Positions 1 to 14,162 of a stretch of 64,000 bases of DNA are shown piece by piece. The position numbers and the translations under genes are program-made. Position 1 is the first letter of the stretch. Each line of letters starts with the position of its first letter. The DNA is from Octopus vulgaris (taxonomy: Eukaryota): NCBI GenBank assembly GCA_951406725.2, contig OX597816.1:138942001-139006000 (forward strand). The letters are read 5' to 3'. Below the pieces are notes generated by a model, which was not told where the DNA came from, searched no databases, and saw only the letters and a program-made list of their open reading frames with translations.

Positions 1-2
1 TA

Positions 3-63
<61 letters not shown>

Positions 64-653
64 ATATATATGTATATATAATGGAACAAAAACACAATAG
101 AGACAATAAAACATTCGGACAGATAGGCGATAAAAGGTGGACAGGAGAAACAACAATTAGAAGAACAGGAAAAAAAAGACGAGTCATTCGTGGCCTTCTT
201 TCATCCGTCAAGTTTACCAGAAGTCCTTACTGTTTCGGGCAATTACACTTGAGACAGTTCAATCTGGTTGCCCCCAAAAAAGTCGAAGCTAAGAGCATTA
301 GATGTTTTTGTAAGAAAGCTAGCAAATTTGTATGGTAACAGAGACAAAAAACGGAGAACAAGGTACGCAATTACAAATACAAACAACAAAAAAACAACAG
401 GTGTCTTTCGACTTAGAACGAATCCAACTGAGCTGGCGTGTATGAAGTGAAAGCCTAAAGGCAGGAACATGGGAGATGGACATAAGAGGTGTTGGCGATC
501 GGCAGTCAGGCGAAGATAGAAAGATGATGGCTGGATGGACACCAGTCACGTAGAAGGAGTGATGTGTAGGGGCAGCGGGATTGGTGGAATAGAAAGAAAA
601 AAATCAGACAAAGAGAAAGGTACAAGGGGGATTAACGAGGCGGAAAAGATGAG

Positions 654-715
<62 letters not shown>

Positions 716-1438
716 GACACACACATTAAGTACAGGACATCACCGACGAGTGAAAATACTTAAAGACTTAACGAGGGACAAATACGGGACAAAATACCAA
801 AAGAAGTCTAATTTCTCCTCAGTTGTCGACTGTTTATTACTCCCTATTTCAAGCTTTCACCGACAAGATAGAAAAACTTCATAAGACAGCAGAATCTAGA
901 AATTTTTAAAATATAAAACTTATTGAGAGTTAGAGCTTCGAACAAACAAACAACAACAGAGTGGACGTACGGTGTAAGCAATCGACGAAGACGAACGTTG
1001 AGGGCCTGTAGGCAAAGACGAATTGTAATGAATAACGCCTGGGAGAAATTTTAAAAGGATTATAGAATAAATAAAAGAGATGAAAATAGAAGAGAAAAGA
1101 TGTCGGGACGCTAGAGAAATGACGTCCAGCTAGGTCCAGAAAGGACAGAGGCGAGAGAAAAATGGCTTGTAGTCACGTGTGACCAAAAAGCAGAGAGGAA
1201 GGGACACAAGAGAGAAGATGAGGGAAAGAAATAAACGGAGTGAGGAGAAGGGAAAAGGAACGAAAGATAGTAGGGAGTGGAAGACAGACAGGGGACAAGG
1301 TAGAAGGAGGGGGAGAAACGGAAAATAAAGAGGATTATACAGGGATACGGAGAAGGAAAGAAATCGGAGTGTGGAATCATAGAAATTATATATAAAAGAA
1401 CTTACTGTGGACAAGGCTGCGTGGCGTTCGATTGTTAT

Positions 1439-1525
<87 letters not shown>

Positions 1526-1602
1526 CTTATGTGTAAGGGCAATTCAGATTAATAGACACTCTATCTCTCCTAACTACTCCCACGGCGTAATTTGATCTGA
1601 AC

Positions 1603-1649
1603 ACGGTAAGCTGATGATAAATTAGTCCATTGAAAATTGCTTTTACCGT
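1603..1649 (+). ncRNA. Degenerate minimal type I hammerhead ribozyme-like motif
   Basis: acggtaag-CTGATGA-taaattagtccatt-GAAA-attg-ct-tttaccgt: an 8-bp stem I encloses the core boxes, but stem II is weak and the expected U16.1 is C. Confidence 0.4.
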
Positions 1650-1935
1650 TTATAGTAGTGAATTGTAGCACTACGTATAAGTAATTTAATGCTTAGTTAA
1701 TATCCTTTTCTTATACTATCTATTCAGAATTAGCTCGTGTAGATCAATGAGAAACAGCCCAACGAGACACAGGGACTAAGATGCCATTGATTGAACGCGA
1801 ACTGTCAATCTTTAGTATTGGTGCCTCACATTTTAGTTATTTATTCCTTTTGGCCGCTATACAACGTCTAGTGGACGTTGTATACTTTCATGTACAAAGT
1901 TAACTAATATTTAATAGAATTAGTTTTGATATAGA

Positions 1936-2224
1936 CCAGGGGTTTTGAACCATTTTTTAAACCATGGACGTTTTTCTTTACTATTTTATTCTGGTGGATT
2001 CCATTGCTATTTTGCTTTTCACACATGGAGTTGCATAGGTTGATATATGTAAAACGTTAGAGAAAGAAACCTAGCTGTTTCTTGCAATATATACTAATAT
2101 ATACATCTAAAGCCACATTTTTCAGGAGGCCTTAAAATACTGTTGTCGATCTCCAATATACTATTTTGTTGCGTTAACCCCCAAAATCTTAGCAGCTACA
2201 TGGATCCTGGTTGACCAACTCTTA
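1936..2224 (+). mobile_element. hAT-type MITE (degenerate)
   Basis: caggggttttgaacc left end and ggttgaccaact right end; homologous in opposite orientation to 5270-5703. Confidence 0.5.
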
Positions 2225-4039
2225 TAGGCTATTATCCATAAGATAAAGGGTTATTGCGAGGGTGTACATGTAAGCTACTGATAGACTGGTTGACGACGTC
2301 TGAAAGCATTGATTGCTCAGTCAGGATCAAGACCGTTAATGTGATATAGAAGGGTGCAGTCGACTGAATCATCCCCAGGACCTACTTGATACCTATTTTA
2401 TCGTGATTGCGAACGGACGAAAGGCAACGTCACCTCCGTCAATAATTAAAACGTACAACGTAAGGAACTGAAACTGAATATATTAAGGCATTTAGACATT
2501 TAGATTTATAATTACATTTAAGACATGTGCAGCCGAAAAAGAAAGAAAAAAATAAGAGGGAATGAGCAACATTCTAATGAAGATATTTGTAGTATTGCGT
2601 TTGTCATTGGAGATATTGTGGTTTAGCAGAGAAACTGGTAGTTGATCTATGAAACTTCAAGAAACTCGTTAAGGAAGTTTGTGGAGGTCTATGACTCCAC
2701 AGGGAGCCTGAAACAAATACAGTTGGTCCTGATGGTGATGTAATTATGTGGTAGTTTATATCTAGTTATTCATAAACTGGCATTAAACATCAACTTAAAG
2801 GAGGAAACCTACTTACTGCCACTACCGCCTCCTTTAGTCTGCGTGTTGCGAAGGTTGATCTCTTACCACCAGGCTATTTATGAAGCCATTAGTAATCTAT
2901 CGAAAAACTCGTCATTGCAATTCATTGCCAAATCGTAATGTTTGCTTTTGCTTCGTTTTCAAGAAGTTGGCGTCCGTGGATAAAATCCGTTTGATCCAAA
3001 TAATGTGTAGATGTTTTGATACAATTAAGTTAACTGATCACTTACTACCGTGGTTTCTTTAAAAGCCTCATTTTCTGTTTGTGCTGACGAGTAAATATGT
3101 AAATGACTTATTCGTATCAATAAAGAAGTGGCAGTGTGATACAGTACTGTAACGGAGTCGATTTGTATTTAGTTTGGCGAGAATTGTAGAAAGTAGTAGA
3201 TGGAAGCCGAAGGGGTGGTAATGCAAAGCATTTCATTTTACACGGCAACATGGCGTTAAATGTGTTTCGTAATTATTTGTGACAGCTTCCGTTGTCTGCC
3301 TGGCATTGATTGGCGTCCGGGGAATAACATCCGAAATGTTTCCAGAAACACGCTCTACAGCACTGCTGTTGTGTTCATATCAGACAAACACACGTTTCGT
3401 TTGACAGACTGTGGTGGCCTCTGCTCCCTCAGGAATAACGGGGTCATATCCAGTATCTCTCAACAGGCCTTGCTACAGCTGACTAAGATGGAAGTAAGTG
3501 CAATGTGTCAAGTGGCTGTCTTGCATTTATATATTCACACTCAAGCTTACGGTTTCATATCGATATTTATACACACAGACACATGCACGCTTTATTTACA
3601 TACACATACATACATACATACACACACACCTATATATATATATATACATATACATACATACATACATACATCTGTGTGTGTGCCTGTGTGTGTGTGTTTA
3701 AACATCCACTCACAATCGTACATAAGCAGCCATGTATTTATGCAGACATACATACAGATAACACAATTATTACTCATATACACATACACTCGCATAGGCA
3801 CACATATACACACAAACAGATACACACACACACATATGCACACATACATATGCACGCACAAACACTTACATGCACATACGAACGTAGAAGGATTAGTTTC
3901 TCATTTATTAACAGACAGAATTGGTGAATAACTTTTCCTCACATGAAACATGACCCAAACCTTTAATCTGCACCGAAATAATCTATGTTGTGCTGATTGT
4001 TCTAGGTCACATATTAAATTATTACTATACTTATACTAT

Positions 4040-4348
4040 TATTCTTTCACTGGCTACAATCATTGGACTACGGCCATGCTGGGGCACCGCCTTGAGGAAG
4101 TTTTTAGTTGAATGAATCGACTCCAATGCTTATGCTTTTAAACCTGGTATTCATTTCATCGGTGTCCTTTGCCGAACCGCTATGTTACGGGTACGTAATC
4201 ACTCGAAGACCAGTTTTCAATTATTTGGTTGACCTCGGTCCGAGCCTATAGTAGAAAATATTTGGTCAAGGCGCCGTCCAATGAGACTGAACCCGAATCC
4301 ATATTGTTAGGAAACAATCTTCTTACCACACAGCTATGCCTGCGCCTA
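4040..4348 (-). mobile_element. SINE family B (tRNA-like head), internally deleted
   Basis: Reverse-complement match to the 25700-26185 copy (ggccatgctggggcaccgcc, ctatagtagaa, cttaccacacagc). Confidence 0.8.
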
Positions 4349-4390
4349 CATACATACATACATACATACATACATACATACATACATACA

Positions 4391-4422
<32 letters not shown>

Positions 4423-4684
4423 CTTAAAAGCATATGCATACATATATTTGTGTGGCTATGAACAAGTATGCAGTTACATACCACATGATTAATAAAGATA
4501 TATTTAATTTCTCAGTAGACAAACGAACCTGAGGCTAAAAGGCAGTATTAAGAGTTTTATCCAACTGGATTCCCTATTATCAAAGACTCATCAGTAAAAT
4601 TGTTTAGTAAATATATGAATATCACTGTATACACACTGGACATAACACATGTTACACTCTGTGCGAGCGAGAGAGAGAGTGTGT

Positions 4685-4725
<41 letters not shown>

Positions 4726-4819
4726 TGTGTGTGTGTGCGTGAGCAAATACACTGTTGTTTAGCTTAAATGGGGGTATACGTTTCTTTTCTATCCGTGAGA
4801 TTTTAAAGTCAGTTTCTAG

Positions 4820-4888
<69 letters not shown>

Positions 4889-5269
4889 TGTTGGATGTGT
4901 GTGCGTGTTCGTGTGTGCACGTGCGCTTTCATACGTATTCGGACTACAAACTTATGTACTGCTATATTCCAACTCTGAATCCATATTAGTCTATATATCT
5001 CATCAAGTAATAGAAGTAGTACTATAGGTGTGTCACCCTTCCACAATACTGCGACGCTAGATCCACCCGAGGCTACCCACTGGTGTAGGCAATGAATTTC
5101 CTACACAATAGCACGAAGTTAGAATTAGCCGTTGAGCCTTTGGTGCAGATGCATTTGCAACCTTCATCGCTGAAAGTATTTTGAACAGAATTTCTTCAAT
5201 ATTTTACAAGCAACATCCATCTTCTTTCTTGAGTCTGGAGTCAGATGTAGTGGCTCGCTCTTTCTCCAC

Positions 5270-5703
5270 CAGTGTATCCCAACCAGGGTCCATATAATAT
5301 TTTGTTTAATTATAAAAGTTTACAAAATTCCCCTCCGAGGGACAAGTCCAGGCAAGGTTCTTTATAGAAGACCAGCAGTCGCCCATACATATCAGCCTCC
5401 CCTGTCCACGCCACCGACGTTATCCAAGAGAAAGACAAAGGCCAATACAGCTTGGCACCAGTGACGTCAGAACTCATTTCTACAGCTGAGTGAACTAGAG
5501 CCACGTGAAATAAAGTGTCATGCTCAAGAACACAAAATACAGCTCGGTCTGGGAATCGAACTCACTACCTCATGAGTGTTAACCCGACTAGGATCTTTAC
5601 CCTTAAAAGAATAAGATTTTAAAACCGCAAATGGCTATGAGGGTCCATCGGTGTAAAATAAGAATCAGAGGGATCCATAAACAAAAATAGTTGAGAGTCA
5701 CTG
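5270..5703 (-). mobile_element. hAT-type MITE interrupted by SINE family C (~5330-5590, minus)
   Basis: cagtgtatcccaacc ... gttgagagtcactg termini; internal SINE C matches 46960-47310. No TSD recognisable. Confidence 0.55.
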
Positions 5704-5719
5704 CTCAAAAGCTTCAGAC

Positions 5720-6140
5720 AATTTCCATGAATACTAACTACTTTCTTTCCAATGCAGCTAGTTCAAGATTTCTGAGCACCATGTGAACACGAATTCTAAT
5801 AAAGCTTCTGATATTTATCCTCGCAAGAATGCATGCTAATTCTCATCCATTATTTTCGCAGTGTTCAGTCACCTCCCCTCATCTACATTTCTTGTCAACT
5901 GCATTAACGATGTTCGCCTCCCAGGAGACTGTCACCTCTAACATTTTTGCCACTTTGCTTTCCTTGACACAACAGCCTACGGTTGGATGTTTTGGCGGTA
6001 AAAAGGGATAGTGATGCTTACTGTCATAATCAACTGAGATCGTTCAAGTCCCCAGCCATTCTGCAGGTTAGCAACTGTGAAGTGCTTTCTAGCTTAGAGT
6101 TCACTTTCCCGGCAAACTTTTCTCACTCTATTTTCCGCTG
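5720..6140 (-). mobile_element. Non-LTR retrotransposon restriction-like endonuclease remnant (HERO-like)
   Basis: Minus translation ..KVAKMLEVTVSWEANIVNAVDKK..HCENNG* resembles the ELTVPWExNIxxAxERK..CxxxGW C-terminal motif; contains stops. Confidence 0.55.
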
Positions 6141-6479
6141 CTTGTGGTCTTTGGCTTTTATAAATACTTACATACACATAAACATACATACATACATACA
6201 TACATACATACATACATACATACATACATACATACATACACACGCATAGATGCATACATATGTGTGTGTGTATCTTTATATGTATATCTATCTATCTATC
6301 TATCTATCTATCTGTCTATATATATAACGGTAAGCTTTATGAAAATAGACAAAAGACGAAGGCAGGTTTACGGAAATAAACAAAAGACGAAGGCAGGTGG
6401 AATACAAACAAACAATTGTATTAGTATGGCGGAATATATATATATACATACATACATATATATATATAGCAAGAGAGAC

Positions 6480-6598
<119 letters not shown>

Positions 6599-8585
6599 AA
6601 TGTCATTTCCATGAAAAACAAAGAAATTGTATTGTTACCATATTCAATGCATGAGGCACAAAAGATTAAAAAGCTAATCAAAATAATTATGCAATAGGGA
6701 AGGCAATATTAATCAATGATGAATATATTAATCACTTACGCCAAGTAACGGGATCTATTCTGGACATACATATACATATGCATATGTTTAATTTTGTGTG
6801 TGTGATAAAAAAAAGTACCAGGTTTCGCATGATCAACTTATAGAACATCCTCAGACATTACTATACTTGTCAAGGTAGCGATGATATTAACACTGAATTG
6901 ATGTATAATAACTGTAAATCAGAAGGTGTGAAAATTAGTAGATTTGAGAGAATAAATTACTGAGGTTAATTACTCCAGGACAGGCACCTATCAAATATAT
7001 GAACACTATATATTACTCACCTAGCTTGCATTGACTGAAACAAAGTGAAAAGCGGTGTGAAGGAAACCAAAGTTTGTAATTGTGTCTTGCTATTTGGTTT
7101 CCATGTTTCTCTTTCATCCTTCTCTGGTTGATAAAATATGTGCTCACAGTGATAAGGCATGCGCTGCAACCAAAGACAAAAGAGAGAAGCAAAGAAAAAA
7201 GAATATATTTCAGTATAGGTGTTTAAAATGTATCTGTCATGAGAAGTGTTATTGTTTAGAGGAGAAAATGTAAGCTAATCTGTACCAGTGAAGTAGTGAC
7301 GGTATTGTGCCAATGTGATTTTCCGATTTATGCTTAAGTCAAGAGAGTAAAATAGAAAATGTTTTGTGTTATATGGTTATTTCCCTTTACGATGCGAGGT
7401 CAAATCCGGCCAAAATTGGCATCACGTACAATAAGTACGAGATGAAGTTATTCGATAAAACCTTTTCCTAACATGTAAACCTTTGTGACACTAAAAACAA
7501 TGGTTCCTAATTTAGATACAAGGCCAGCAATTTTGAGGCTAGTGGCCTTAGTCGATATCGTCCACTCGAGTACTTGATAGTTATTGTTTAATTCTAGCGA
7601 CCATGGAAGGATAGAAGGCATTAGTGCCCCGGCACCCAGACCTCAAGGACTATACAGGCTTATGCAGCAGATATAAAAGTGCCACCCAATGGGAGTGTCA
7701 TCTGGGACAGACCGCCTCCACTACCTGTCACATTTAGGCCACTGAGGAATGGCAAAATTAACCCTGACAAGATTAAATACCAAATGCATTTCGTCCGAGA
7801 GCTAGCTGGTAGACTCGAATTTCTCATTAGACACAAGACTAGCAATTTACACAGGGAGGTAGAATTAGTTGAGTAAATTGATTCCAGTACTTTACTAATA
7901 ATTTATTTTATCGTATACGTAATGATTACACGTAAAGTGACGTAACTGGGATCTGAACTCTGAACATAAAAACCCGGAACAAATAACGCAAGGCATATTC
8001 TCGACGCTCTAACGACTGCCAATCGTTCAGTTTGTTCATCAGTTCATAACCAAAGACAAAACAATTTTGTGTATGTGTGTGTTATTGACAACAGTTTTTA
8101 GATATTTTGCTTTGTTTTTGTTTTATATTCTGTTGCAAACTCAGATGTGAAAGCATTGATGCTGAACTACTCCTATCAACCCTTTCAATTATATTTTCTG
8201 TTTTAGTGGTCCTAAATAGATGGATGTGAACAACATTATGCAATAAAGTATAAACTACCACGCTTGAGGTGGAGATTCTCAAATTATGTTTTTTTTTAAG
8301 TAATGGAAATTATAATCCTAATGTGAAAAGTTATTCTCAGATGGGATAAGGGAGTGAAATAACAACAAATTATTGAAATTAAAATGAAGGACTAAATAAA
8401 TAAAGAATTAAATAAATAGATAAATAAAGTAATTTAAATGGGGGCATATAGGGAAATGAGAGAGCCATTCTGGTCTTTGGCAACCATGATGAGAAATCCG
8501 GACACGTTTCGTCTATTTAACCTCCCTACAGAAGCAGAGACCACTGAATGACTGTCAAGACCTCTGGAAGTTAATAGAAATATAC

Positions 8586-8616
<31 letters not shown>

Positions 8617-9837
8617 TGTGTGTTTGTGTGTGTGTGTAAAGAACATTCGCCGATTAGGCAAATTAATGTAACGATCCACAAGGGTGTCTCCTGCATGAAT
8701 AACATATAGTTAAGTGCAGGTTAGCAGCCATAAATAAGATTTTTCTAATTGAAATTGTAACGCTAATGAGATAAAAAGTCATCAGCGTTAATGAAAATTT
8801 ATTCAGAAAGTGTTTAATAGTAAGGTTGCCTGACATTTCCAACCAGACAAAAATTAAATTTAAAGGGAAATATACCAAGTGAAAGAGCGAGGGAGTATGT
8901 TTATATTTGATGAGTGCCTTATGACAATTTCACTCACATCTCGATTATATGAAACATTTTCATCTAAGCTTATTCTGCAGAATAGCTTAGAACACCCATG
9001 GATGGTGGCCCGCAATTAATTACATAATCTTGCAGAGAGTACGTTTGAGAATATTTCCAATGCCATTATTTTTAATTTTATTTTCACTGAACAATATGAT
9101 ATTCATACATAACCAAAAAGAAAACTATTCCTATTGAAAGTTCAGAAATTTTGGAAGCACCCAGTCGACTTTGTGTCGCTGAATTTGTCCGGAGTGATCG
9201 TTATAGATAGCAAAAGTTCAACATCACTCATCTCCCATCATCATCATTGTCGTTGTCGTCATCATCATCATCATCATCGTCGTCATGCCACTCTCTATTC
9301 CCCACTTTTTCACACAGTTTCCAATGCAACGCTTTTGCCACCTCATCGTGATACCACAACTGATATCGGTTTTAGGCAAGTCGACGGCATTCATTCTCAA
9401 TATCGACAATCATTTTTTACAAATCCATTATAAATTCACTTCAATGGATACATTTGATAACTTAACTTAACATTTCTAAGTTTGGCCCTCCAGTTTCTCG
9501 CCAAAGCTTGGTCTTGCGCTGCAAGTATGTTTCTTTAACTAGCCCCCAACTATGTTCTCCAGCAATTTCAGTTGTGGCCACATGCAATTGATTATATAGT
9601 CCCTTGTTGCATACTACTTCACTATATCCTTCATGTACTTCTCGTTTTGTTCTTTTCTAGTTTTCCTGCTTTCAATATGCCTTCATCTCTAACTACCACT
9701 ATCAAGGGTTTCACGTTTTGGGTTAGATATCTCAGTAAGTTCCCATGTTCAATATACACGCAGTCTTCCACACTTATCAGTCCCCTTCCTCCTATTCCTC
9801 TCTTCGTGTTTAGACGATCATTTTTGTTGTTATCATA

Positions 9838-9886
<49 letters not shown>

Positions 9887-10541
9887 TGTTGTTGTTGTTG
9901 TTCATCTCTGTAAAGTGCTGACTGAGCTATGAAACTATATACCGTTATGTGCAGTAGTTTGTATGATGATGGATTGTTGAACAGTATGAATTGAAGACGG
10001 CGATGTAAGATAATTCAAGCGGAGAAAATTGTCTTTGTACATCTGCAACAGAAACAAGCAGTAATCTGTCATATCAGCAATAATTTGATAGTTTACGGAA
10101 AGTATAACTGCATAGGTTTTTATTACTGTTTTTATGAAGTAGTACGGAGAAGAGTGGTGAGTGGCAGAATTAGTTGATTACTGAACTGACTTCTTGCTTT
10201 ATTTAGTTACATCATTCTACGTTCTGAGTTCAAATTCCCTGAGATCAACATCGTCATGTTTCATTCTGGTTGTGATAAATTAAGTAGAAGTAATTCACAG
10301 TCAATTAGGCTTTCAATGGTGTATTTGCTCTAAGTATGATACACAGATTACCATTTTAAACTAGTACTGATTCTACCGCATATAACGAATTTTTATTGTA
10401 ACATCAGTGATTTTTCAGTAACTGTTTTTCTATATCAGTAGCAGCGGATTTTGTCTCAGCATGCGATTCCCAGCAAATACTTGCTACTGAGAAAACTCAA
10501 AGAGATAGAAATGCGCATTTAGCCATGCTACCACCGTTGCT

Positions 10542-10785
10542 GGTGGAGGCGCGTGGCTTAGTGGTTAGGGTGTCAGCATCATGATCGTAAGATTGTGGTT
10601 TCGATTCCTGGACCGGGCGATGCGTTATGTTCTTGAACAAAACACTTCATTTCACGTTGTTCCAGTCCACTCAGCTGGCAAAAATGAGTAACGCTGCGAT
10701 GGACTGGGGAACACATACGCCATTGAAACCGGGAAACCGGGCCCATGAACCTGGCTAGGCTTTAAAAAGGCGCGTTTATTTTTTT
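10542..10785 (+). mobile_element. SINE family C with 13-bp TSD
   Basis: tRNA-like A box (tggcttagtgg) and B box (gtttcgattcc); exact TSD taccaccgttgct at 10529-10541 and 10786-10798. Confidence 0.9.
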
Positions 10786-11369
10786 TACCACCGTTGCTAG
10801 AGGATGTTCGTCTTCTTTTGATATATATTTGTGTTTTTAAGCACAATGCATCTATAAGCGTTACTATCTCAGAACGACTTCTGTAGTTAGGCTCTCAATG
10901 GTGTATCTGCTTTAAATGTTGTCCACAGGCTGCTATACATTTTATAGTTTTCACCAAAGACATAAATTACGATCAGTGTAATCATAAAATTGGATGACAG
11001 CGCCCGCAGGGGTTTAGAAAAACCATACCGTTACATGCAAATGATGCTGGGTTCATATTCATCTTTCAGTTTCCCGGTTTGGATAAACTTAAATATTGTT
11101 GAAATATTCCGGTCAGTTTAATAGAATATACCTTATGTCAAAATGCGCAGCTTTGTACTTCATTATATTCACTCACTGTTCCTATCTACTTTTAACGCAT
11201 TTTAATGCATAAGAGGGCGCTACAACGTGCAATTAAGTATAGTGAGTGTGTCATCATCTGATATTTTTTGTAGTTCGTATTTGTACAGAGTAGGCAGAGA
11301 GGACGGCCGTTTTTGAAATGGCTATTACTCAGCCCCAGTGGGAGAGACATATGTCCGACAGCTACCATT

Positions 11370-11915
11370 CGGTCCGTGGTGTCTTAGCATCGCGTGTTTG
11401 CCTGCGACAGTTGAGTGAAGAACAACGAGTCTGTCACAACTGCTCAGCGTGAGCTTTGGCGTCACTTCAACATTCACCGAAATCATGCTGTTACGTTGGA
11501 TGAATGCACTTCATACACGAGGTACACTAATGAATAGGAGACTGGTAGGGGACGCCACGAACGGTACAGACCCTAGTAAATGTGGAACGCGTCAGACAAG
11601 CTTAGATACGGAGTCCGAATCTCTCTGCTCGGGGGCATTGCACTAAATTTGGAACCGGTAATCGATCGGTAGGCGTATTTTGCATGAAAACCTGTATTTC
11701 CACCCGTACAAATTGGCCATTGGGCAAACATTTGAAACCACAGACTATGCACAGCGGCTTAACTTCGCACGTCAGATGAAAGCAATTTTTAAGGCAAATG
11801 AGGACCTCGTTTTGTTAATGAGTGATGAAGCTCATTTTCATCTCAATGGCATGGTGAATCAACAGAACTGTCGTTATTGGACTCTTGAAGATCTGAGAGA
11901 ACTGTACGAAAGTTT
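11370..11915 (+). mobile_element. Tc1/mariner-superfamily transposase remnant (Tc3/DD41D-like, DUF4817-type N-terminus)
   Basis: HRVFACDS*VKNNESVTTAQRELWRHFNIHRN N-terminal HTH and FHPYK..LLMSDEAHFHLNGMVNQQNCRYW first catalytic D motif; frameshifted and truncated. Confidence 0.85.
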
Positions 11916-12798
11916 TACAGATTCTTACAGCTCCAGTGAAGGATTGGATCTGTAGTCTTCGAATCAGCTATGCATGTTTGTATGTAGAGGGTCAACATTG
12001 ACAGACAGAGCCCCCTACATGTATGTATATATACAATTGATGCTCACAAGTATATACTTCTCACAGACATATCAGTCTAAGTAATACACAAATGCATAGT
12101 TTACATTCAACAGCAGTCCCACAGCAACAAACTATTTGAAAATTAGTTATGTGTATTACCACAATAATTAGCACAAATCATAATTAAAGCATAATTGAAT
12201 GGGCTTACTGTATGTCATGGTTCCATCTTATGTTAGCTACCAGGGTGTATATATCCGGATAATTTTCAAAAAGTGTCACCTTTTGGCGCCTGCTGTCGAA
12301 AATAACATATGCATGTATATTACTTATGCGAATTCTATGTCCAATAAATAAAGTGAAAGCGAATCTGTAATGTACTCGTAAAAAGAAAATATTGATATAT
12401 TTACTTTGTGGTTATATTACAGTGCAAAAATAAACGATATTTCTTGTACGCATCTGTTTGCGAGAAAGTTAAGTTACGTCTTATAAGACATAATATATGC
12501 ATGCATGTTTGCATGCATTATGTATGTATGTATGTATGTATGTATGTATGTATGTATGTATGTATGTATGTATGTATGTATGTATGTATTTATGTATGTA
12601 TGTATGTATGTATGTATGTATGTATGTATGTATGTATGTATGTATGTATGTATGTATGTATGTCAGTGCTATGTGTGATTATGTGTGACCATCTGCTTAT
12701 ATCTCTCACTGAATATATGTATGAATATATATATATGTATATACATACATACATACATATACATACGTAGGTAGGTAGGTAAGTAGGTAGGTAGAGAT

Positions 12799-12898
<100 letters not shown>

Positions 12899-13049
12899 GT
12901 AGATAGATAGATAGATAGATAGATAAACAGACAGACAGATAGAAAAGTATTTTTATATAAGTATGCACATATGTATGAATACCTAAATTTATATTTACAC
13001 ATAAGGGCAACCCATCCACAATGAAGTTAGAAGCCGTCACCTAGATTAC

Positions 13050-13857
13050 ATCCTTGTACATTAAACCCTCGAATAGTTCCCACTGGTACTGGAAATTGGT
13101 ATTTCTGAATATATACATGAATATATTTCCTGTCCCAGTAGTTAAGAATTCTCCGATGTTCCCTTGTAGCAGCGCCTTAGATGTTCATAGACCCCGCTAG
13201 AGTGCTTTGTGCTGACGATCTTTCATTCTAAGTAACAAAAAACTGATTCTATATATTTTCCTCAGCTAGAGTACCGCTCCTCTCTTCCTCCATTTCTTTG
13301 TAAAACGGATCTATCAACTTCTAGTTTGTTAAATCAAACAATCGTAAATCTCATGCACTTGCACTAGGAAGTGTGCTTGGCTTTATGTGTGGAGTTTTTC
13401 TTTTTCTTCTTCCGGGCCCTTCTTATTCTTTTACATGATTCTACTGTTTCAACTTTCTTCCATCGTCGCAGGACGACGGGGTAGTGTTATTGATTATCTT
13501 CTTTGGCCAGCTCTATATTCAATATGTAAGCCTCTCAACTTTCTGGATGTTGAGCACTGCACCGAGGAAGAAAAACCTTGTTTGCTCATACGCGGAGCCA
13601 TGTTCTGTTGGATATTGAGGCAGCTTACGGGGTCTACTGTTGTTGCTGTTTTTGTTGATGATGATGACATCTTTGTTGTAATGCGCCTTCTGTCTTCTGT
13701 TTTTCAAAGAAAGGCATGGTTGATCCGCGAAATAAATGAACTTAGAGCATAAAGGGGCATGACTAAATACTGGAAGGTATTTTATAAGGCACTCTGTCTT
13801 TTTGTAAAAGAAACAGAAAGCAAGTAATATGTCAGTTCGTAGGAAGTTGTCAGTCAA
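13050..13857 (-). mobile_element. Ty3/Gypsy-like pol (RNase H region) remnant, highly decayed
   Basis: Minus-strand motifs ILLAFCFFYKK / SHAPL / HIEYRAGQ..TLPRRP occur in the order expected for ELLA..TDHxPL..IEYRPG..ADALSRRP. Confidence 0.45.
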
Positions 13858-13997
13858 AGAACAGTGTGGATGTCTGCAGAATTCATCAAAAATAAATAAA
13901 TATATATGCGTATGCGTGTGTGTATGTGTGTTTGCGTATATACATATTCATATCCATATATATAGATACATACATATATAGATACATACATATATAC

Positions 13998-14090
<93 letters not shown>

Positions 14091-14092
14091 CA

Positions 14093-14123
<31 letters not shown>

Positions 14124-14130
14124 GTATATA

Positions 14131-14162
<32 letters not shown>

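Noticed and set aside
2284-2322. TTGACGA..GAAA-gcattgattgc-TC-agtc
   Set aside because: No stem II and stem I out of register; compatible with chance.
10545-10615. tRNA gene
   Set aside because: tRNA-derived SINE head with TSD; no intact cloverleaf.
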